This document shows positions 57,401 through 64,000 of a stretch of DNA of 64,000 nucleotides, one piece after another. Source of the DNA: Eledone cirrhosa (taxonomy: Eukaryota); assembly GCA_964016885.1 (NCBI GenBank), contig OZ024742.1, positions 360,158,001 to 360,222,000 of the forward strand, read 5' to 3'. The translations under genes were made by a program, and so were the position numbers. The notes under the pieces are model-generated. The model saw only the letters and a program-made list of their open reading frames with translations. It ran no database searches and was not told the DNA's origin. Each line of letters starts with the position of its first letter. The first letter of the stretch is position 1.

Positions 57401-59985
57401 TCAACGTCTATATACTGATGAAACAGCCAGTCACCCATACACAGTATCTCTCTTCTATTATACCCCATCAACGTCTATATAATGGTGACGCATCCAGTCA
57501 CCCATACACAGTATCTCTCTTCTATAACACACCATCAACGTCTATATAGTGGTGAAACAGCCAGTCACCTATACACAGTGTCCCTCTTCCATAATACTCC
57601 ATCAACGTCTATATAGTGGTGAAACAGCCAGTCACCCATACACAGTATCTCTCTTCTATTATACCCCATCAACGTCTATATAATGGTGACGCATCCAGTC
57701 ACCTATACACAGTATCTCTCTTCTATAACACCCCATCAACGTCTATATATTGGTGAAACAGCCAGTCACCCATACACAGTATCTCTCTTCTATTATACCC
57801 CATCAACGTCTATATAGTGGTGACACATCCAGTCACCTACACACAGTATCTCTCTTCTATAACACCCCATCGACATCTATATAGTGGTGTCACATCAAGT
57901 CACCTATACACAGTATCTCTCTTCTATAACACCCCATCAACGTCTATATAGTGGTGAAACATCCAGTCACCCATACACAGTATCTCTCTTCTATAACACC
58001 CCATCAACGTCTATATAGTGGTGAAACATCCAGTCACCCATACACAGTATCTCTCTTCTATAACGCCACATCAACGTCTATATAGTGGTGACACATCCAG
58101 TCACCTATACACAGTATGTCTCTTCTATAATACCCCATTCACGTCTATATAGTGGTGATAGAGCCACTCACCCATACACAGTATCTCTCTTCTATAACAC
58201 CCCATCAACGTCTATATAGTGGCAACACATCCAGTCACCTATACACAGTATCTCTCTTCTATAACACCCCATCAACGTCTATATAGTGGTGAAAAAGCCA
58301 GGCACCCATACACAGTATCTCTCTTCTATAACACCCCATCAACGTCTATATAGTGGTGACGCATCCAGTCACCCATACACAGTATCTCTCTTCTATAACA
58401 CCCCATCAACGTCTATATACTGATGAAACAGCCAGTCACCCATACACAGTATCTCTCTTCTATAACACACCATCAACGTCTATATAGTGGTGAAACAGCC
58501 AGTCACCTATACACAGTGTCCCTCTTCTATAATACTCCATCAACGTCTATATAGTGGTGAAACAGCCAGTCACCCATACACAGTATCTCTCTTCTATTAT
58601 ACCCCATCAACGTCTATATAATGGTGACGCATCCAGTCACCTATACACAGTATCTCTCTTCTATAACACCCCATCAACGTCTATATATTGGTGAAACAGC
58701 CAGTCACCCATACACAGTATCTCTCTTCTATTATACCCCATCAACGTCTATATAATGGTGACGCATCCAGTCACCTATACACAGTATCTCTCTTCTATAA
58801 CACCCCATCAAAGTCTATATAGTGGTGAAACAACCAGTCACCCATACACCATATCTCTCTTCTATAATACCCCTTCAACGTCTATAAAGTGGTGACACAT
58901 CCAGTCACCTATACACAGTATCTCTCTTCTATAACACCCCATTGACGTCTATATAGTGGTGAAACAGCCAGTCACCCATACACAGTATCTCTCTTCTATA
59001 ACCCCACATCAACGTCTAAATAGTGGTGACGCATCCAGTCACCCATACACAGTATCTCTCTGCTATAACACCCAATCAACGACTATATAGTGGTCACACA
59101 TCCAGGCACCCATACATAGTATCTCTCTTCTATAACATCCCATCAACGTCTATATAGTGGTGAAACAGGCAGTCACGCATACACAGTATCTCTCTTCTAT
59201 AACACCCCATCAACGTCTATATAGTGGTGAAACAGCCAGTCACCCATATACAGTATCTCTCTTCCATACTACCTCATCAACGACTATATAGTGGTGATAG
59301 AGCCACTCACCCATACACAGTATCTCTCTTCTATAACACCCAATCAACGTCAATATAATGGTGACGCATCCAGTCACCTATACTCAGTATCTCTCTTCTA
59401 TAACACCCCATCAACGTCTATATAGTGGTGAAACAGCCAGTCACCCATTCACAGTATCTCCCTTCTTTAACACCCCATCAACATCTATATAGTGGTGTCA
59501 CATCAAGTCACATATACACAGTATCTCTCTTCTATAACACCCCATCAACGTCTATATAGTGGTGAAACATCCAGTCACCCATACACAGTATCTCTCTTCT
59601 ATAACACCACATCAACGTCTATATAGTGGTGACACATCCAGTCACCTATACACAGCATGTCTCTTCTATAATACCCCATTCACGTCTATATAGTGGTGAC
59701 ACATCCAGTCACCCATACACAGTATCTCTCTTCTATAACACCCCATCAACGTCTATATAGTGGTGAAAAAGCCAGGCACCCATACACAGTATCTCTCTTC
59801 TATAACACCCCATCAACGTCAATATAGTGGTGACGCATCCAGTCACCCATACACAGTATCTCTCTTCTATAACACCCCATCAACGTCTATATACTGATGA
59901 AACAGCCAGTCACCCATACACAGTATCTCTCTTCTATAACACACCATCAACGTCTATATAGTGGTGAAACAGCCAGTCACCTATG
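42432..59985. repeat. Tandem duplication of an 8,777-bp (131-monomer) block: 42432-51208 and 51209-59985
   Basis: Private variants recur at an exact 8777 offset: accgtc 44064/52841; gtgctgaaac 46561/55338; gaaaggg 47035/55812; cagtaact 47731/56508; catcgacatc 49091/57868. The flanking mismatches are at 42431/51208 and 51260/60037. Confidence 0.93.
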
Positions 59986-62900
59986 CACAGTATCTCTCTT
60001 CTATAACACCCCATTGACGTCTATATAGTGGTGAAACAGCCAGTCACCCATACACAGTATCTCTCTTCTATAACACCACATCAACGTCTATATAGTGGTG
60101 ACGCATCCAATCACCCATACACAGTATCTCTCTTCTATAACACCCCATCAACGTCTATATAGTGGTGAAGCATCCAGTCACCCATAAACATTATCTCTCT
60201 TCTATAACACCCAATCAACGACTATATAGTGGTCACACGTCCAGTCACCCATACATAGTATCTCTCTTCTATAACACCCCATCAACGTCTATATAGTGGT
60301 GAAACAGCCAGTCACGCATACACAGTATCTCTCTTCTATAACACCCCATCAACGTCTATATAGTGGTGAAACAGCCAGTCACCCATACACAGTATCTCTC
60401 TTCCATACTACCTCATCAACGACTATATAGTGGTGATACAGCCACTCACCCATACACAGTATCTCTCTTCTATAACACCCCATCAACGTCTATATAATGG
60501 TGACGCATCCAGTCACCTATACTCAGTATCTCTCTTCTATAACACCCCTTCAACGTCTATATAGTGGTGAAACAGCCAGTCACCTATTCACAGTATCTCT
60601 CTTCTATAACACCCCATCAACGTCTATATAGTGGTGAGACATCCAGTCACCTATACACAGTATCATTCTTCTATAACACCCCATCAACGTCTATATAGTG
60701 GTGAAGCATCCAGTCACCCATACACAGTATCTCTCTTCTATAACACCCCATCAACGTCTATATAGTGGTGAAACAGCCAGTCACCCAAACACAGTATCTC
60801 TCTTCTATAATACCACATCAACGTCTATATAGTGGTGAAACAGCCAGTCACCCATTCACAGTATCTCTGTTCTATAACACCCCATCAACATCTATATAGT
60901 GGTGTCACATCAAGTCACCTATACACAGTATCTCTCTTCTATAACACCCCATCAACGTCTATATAGTGGTGAAACAGCCAGTCACCCATACACAGTATCT
61001 CTCTTCTATAACACCCCATCAACGTCTATATAGTGGTGAAAGAGCCAGTCACCTATACACAGTATCTCTCTTCTATAACACCCCATCAACGTCTATATAG
61101 TGGTGAAACAGCCAGTCACCCATACACAGTATCTCTCTTCTATAACACCCCATCAACGTCTATATAGTGGTGACGCATCCAGTCACCCATACACAGTATC
61201 TCTCTTCTATAACACCCCATCAACGTCTATATAGTAGTGAAACAGCCAGTCACCCAAACACAGTATCTCTCTTCTATAATACCCCATCAACGTCTATATA
61301 GTGGTGAAACAGCCAGTCACCCATTCACAGTATCTCTGTTCTATAACACCCCATCAACATCTATATAGTGGTGTCACATCAAGTCACCTATACACAGTAT
61401 CTCTCTTCTATAAATCCCATCAACGTCTATATAGTGGTAAAACAGCCAGTCACCCATACACAGTATCTCTCTTCCATAACACACCATCAACGTCTATGTA
61501 GTGGTGAAACAACCAGATACCCATACACCATATCTCTCTTCTATAATACCCCATCAACGTCTCTATAGTGGTGACACATCCAGTCACCTATACACAGTAT
61601 CTCTCTTCTATAACACCCCATTGACGTCTATATAGTGGTGAAACAGCCAGTCACCCATTCACAGTATCTCTGTTCTATAACACCCCATCAACATCTATAT
61701 AGTGGTGTCACATCAAGTCACCTATACACAGTATCTCTCTTCTATAACACCCCATCAACGTCTATATAGTGGTGAAACATCCAGTCACCCATACACAGTA
61801 TCTCTCTTCTATAACACCCCATCAACGTCTATATAGTGGTGAAACATCCAGTCACCCATACACAGTATCTCTCTTCTATAACGCCACATCAACGTCTATA
61901 TAGTGGTGACACATCCAGTCACCTATACACAGTATGTCTCTTCTATAATACCCCATTCACGTCTATATAGTGGTGACACATCCAGTCACCCATACACAGT
62001 ATCTCTCTTCTATAACACCCCATCAACGTCTATATAGTGGCAACACATCCAGTCACCTATACACAGTATCTCTCTTCTATAACACCCCATCAACGTCTAT
62101 ATAGTGGTGAAAAAGCAAGGCACCCATACACAGTATCTCTCTTCTATAACACCCCATCAACGTCTATATAGTGGCAACACATCCAGTCACCTATACACAG
62201 TATCTCTCTTCTATAACACCCCATCAACGTCTATATAGTGGTGAAAAAGCCAGGCACCCATACACAGTATCTCTCTTCTATAACACCCCATCAACGTCTA
62301 TATAGTGGCAACACATCCAGTCACCTATACACAGTATCTCTCTTCTATAACACCCCAGCAACGTCTATATAGTGGTGAAAAAGCCAGGCACCCATACACA
62401 GTATTTCTCTTCTATTATACCCCATCAACGTCTATATAGTGGTGACGCATCCAGTCACCCATACACAGTATCTCTCTTCTATAACACCCCATCAACGTCT
62501 ATATACTGATGAAACAGCCAGTCACCCATACACAGTATCTCTCTTCTATTATACCCCATCAACGTCTATATAATGGTGACGCATCCAGTCACCCATACAC
62601 AGTATCTCTCTTCTATAACACACCATCAACGTCTATATAGTGGTGAAACAGCCAGTCACCTATACACAGTGTCCCTCTTCCATAATACTCCATCAACGTC
62701 TATATAGTGGTGAAACAGCCAGTCACCCATACACAGTATCTCTCTTCTATTATACCCCATCAACGTCTATATAATGGTGACGCATCCAGTCACCTATACA
62801 CAGTATCTCTCTTCTATAACACCCCATCAACGTCTATATATTGGTGAAACAGCCAGTCACCCATACACAGTATCTCTCTTCTATTATACCCCATCAACGT

Positions 62901-64000
62901 CTATATAGTGGTGACACATCCAGTCACCTATACACAGTATCTCTCTTCTATAACACCCCATCAACGTCTATATATTGGTGAAACAGCCAGTCACCCATAC
63001 ACAGTATCTCTCTTCTATTATACCCCTTCAACGTCTATATAGTGGTGACACATCCAGTCACCTATACACAGTATCTCTCTTCTATAACACCCCATTGACG
63101 TCTATATAGTGGTGAAAAAGCCAGTCACCCATACACAGTATCTCTCTTCTATAACCCCACATCAACGTCTAAATAGTGGTGACGCATCCAGTCACCCATA
63201 CACAGTATCTCTCTGCTATAACACCCAATCAACGACTATATAGTGGTCACACATCCAGGCACCCATACATAGTATCTCTCTTCTATAACACCCCATCAAC
63301 GTCTATATAGTGGTGAAACAGCCAGTCACGCATACACAGTATCTCTCTTCTATAACACCCCATCAACGTCTATATAGTGGTGAAACAGCCAGTCACCCAT
63401 ACACAGTATCTCTCTTCCATACTACCTCATCAACGACTATATAGTGGTGATAGAGCCACTCACCCATACACAGTATCTCTCTTCTATAACACCCCATCAA
63501 CGTCTATATAATGGTGACGCATCCAGTCACCTATACTCAGTATCTCTCTTCTATAACACCCCATCAACGTCTATATAGTGGTGAAACAGCCAGTCACCCG
63601 TTCACAGTATCTCCCTTCTATAACACCCCATCAACGTCTATATAGTGGTGACACATCCAGTCACCTATACACAGTATCATTCTTCTATAACACCCCATCA
63701 ACGTCTATATAGTGGTGAAACATCCAGTCACCCATACACAGTATCTCTCTTCTATAACACCCCATCAACGTCTATGTAGTGGTGAAACAACCAGATACCC
63801 ATACACCATATCTCTCTTCTATAATACCCCATCAACGTCTATATAGTGGTGACACATCCAGTCACCTATACACAGTATCTCTCTTCTATAACACCCCATT
63901 GACGTCTATATAGTGGTGAAACAGCCAGTCACCCATTCACAGTATCTCTGTTCTATAACACCCCATCAACATCTATATAGTGGTGTCACATCAAGTCACC

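Larger units (their letters stand above)
5162..64000. repeat. 67-bp satellite DNA array, ~878 head-to-tail monomers, continuing past the window end; consensus TCTATATAGTGGTGA(A/C)ACA(G/T)CCAGTCACC(C/T)ATACACAGTATCTCTCTTCTATAACACCCCATCAACG
   Basis: Period is 67 (5163, 5230, 5297...). The first and last TCTATATAG (5163, 63972) are 58,809 bp apart, which is 878x67-17 and matches my tally of rare indels. All copies share one orientation, with no insertions seen. The consensus has 21 C vs 8 G on the + strand. Confidence 0.99.

Noticed and set aside
6109-61568. 66-111 aa ORFs in the satellite
   Set aside because: 67 is not a multiple of 3 and one frame has TAG/TGA in every monomer. The listed ORFs coincide with the rare indel monomers that skip the stop frame. 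Most use GTG/TTG starts.
5162-64000. CRISPR-like array (regular ~67-bp period with a variable segment)
   Set aside because: There are no unique spacers. The variable part is about 8 bp drawn from a few related alleles, there are no cas genes, and the context is eukaryotic.
5162-64000. CENP-B box, telomeric repeat or a centromere call
   Set aside because: No TTCG...A..CGGG motif or telomeric unit is present in the consensus. Centromeric function cannot be inferred from sequence alone.

Overview
This is eukaryotic, non-genic, repeat-only DNA with no credible protein-coding gene, RNA gene or CRISPR array. About 92% of the window (5162-64000, open at the right edge) is one head-to-tail 67-bp satellite array of about 878 monomers. 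Monomer length is almost invariant. Substitution variants form a limited set of linked monomer types, arranged into nested higher-order duplications of 2, 8, 30, 40, 73, 90, 96, 130 and 131 monomers, the last an apparently perfect 8,777-bp tandem duplication. The first 5 kb holds a 5'-truncated RTE-clade LINE 3' end on the minus strand (missed by the ORF track), CA/TA/TG/CT microsatellites, a 3-kb 30/34-bp minisatellite, and a probable ~660-bp non-autonomous RTE derivative with a hairpin-dense 5' leader, a C2H2-like C-terminal remnant, a 3' stem-loop and a (TA)n tail. The listed ORFs are almost all repeat artefacts; those in the satellite sit on the rare indel monomers. The best leads are the structured RTE leader, the inverted repeat and TGACAG cluster at the array's left junction, the hypervariable spacer inside a dyad in each monomer, and a possible zinc-finger-linker ancestry of the monomer. 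All are hypotheses from manual reading. No databases or folding programs were run.
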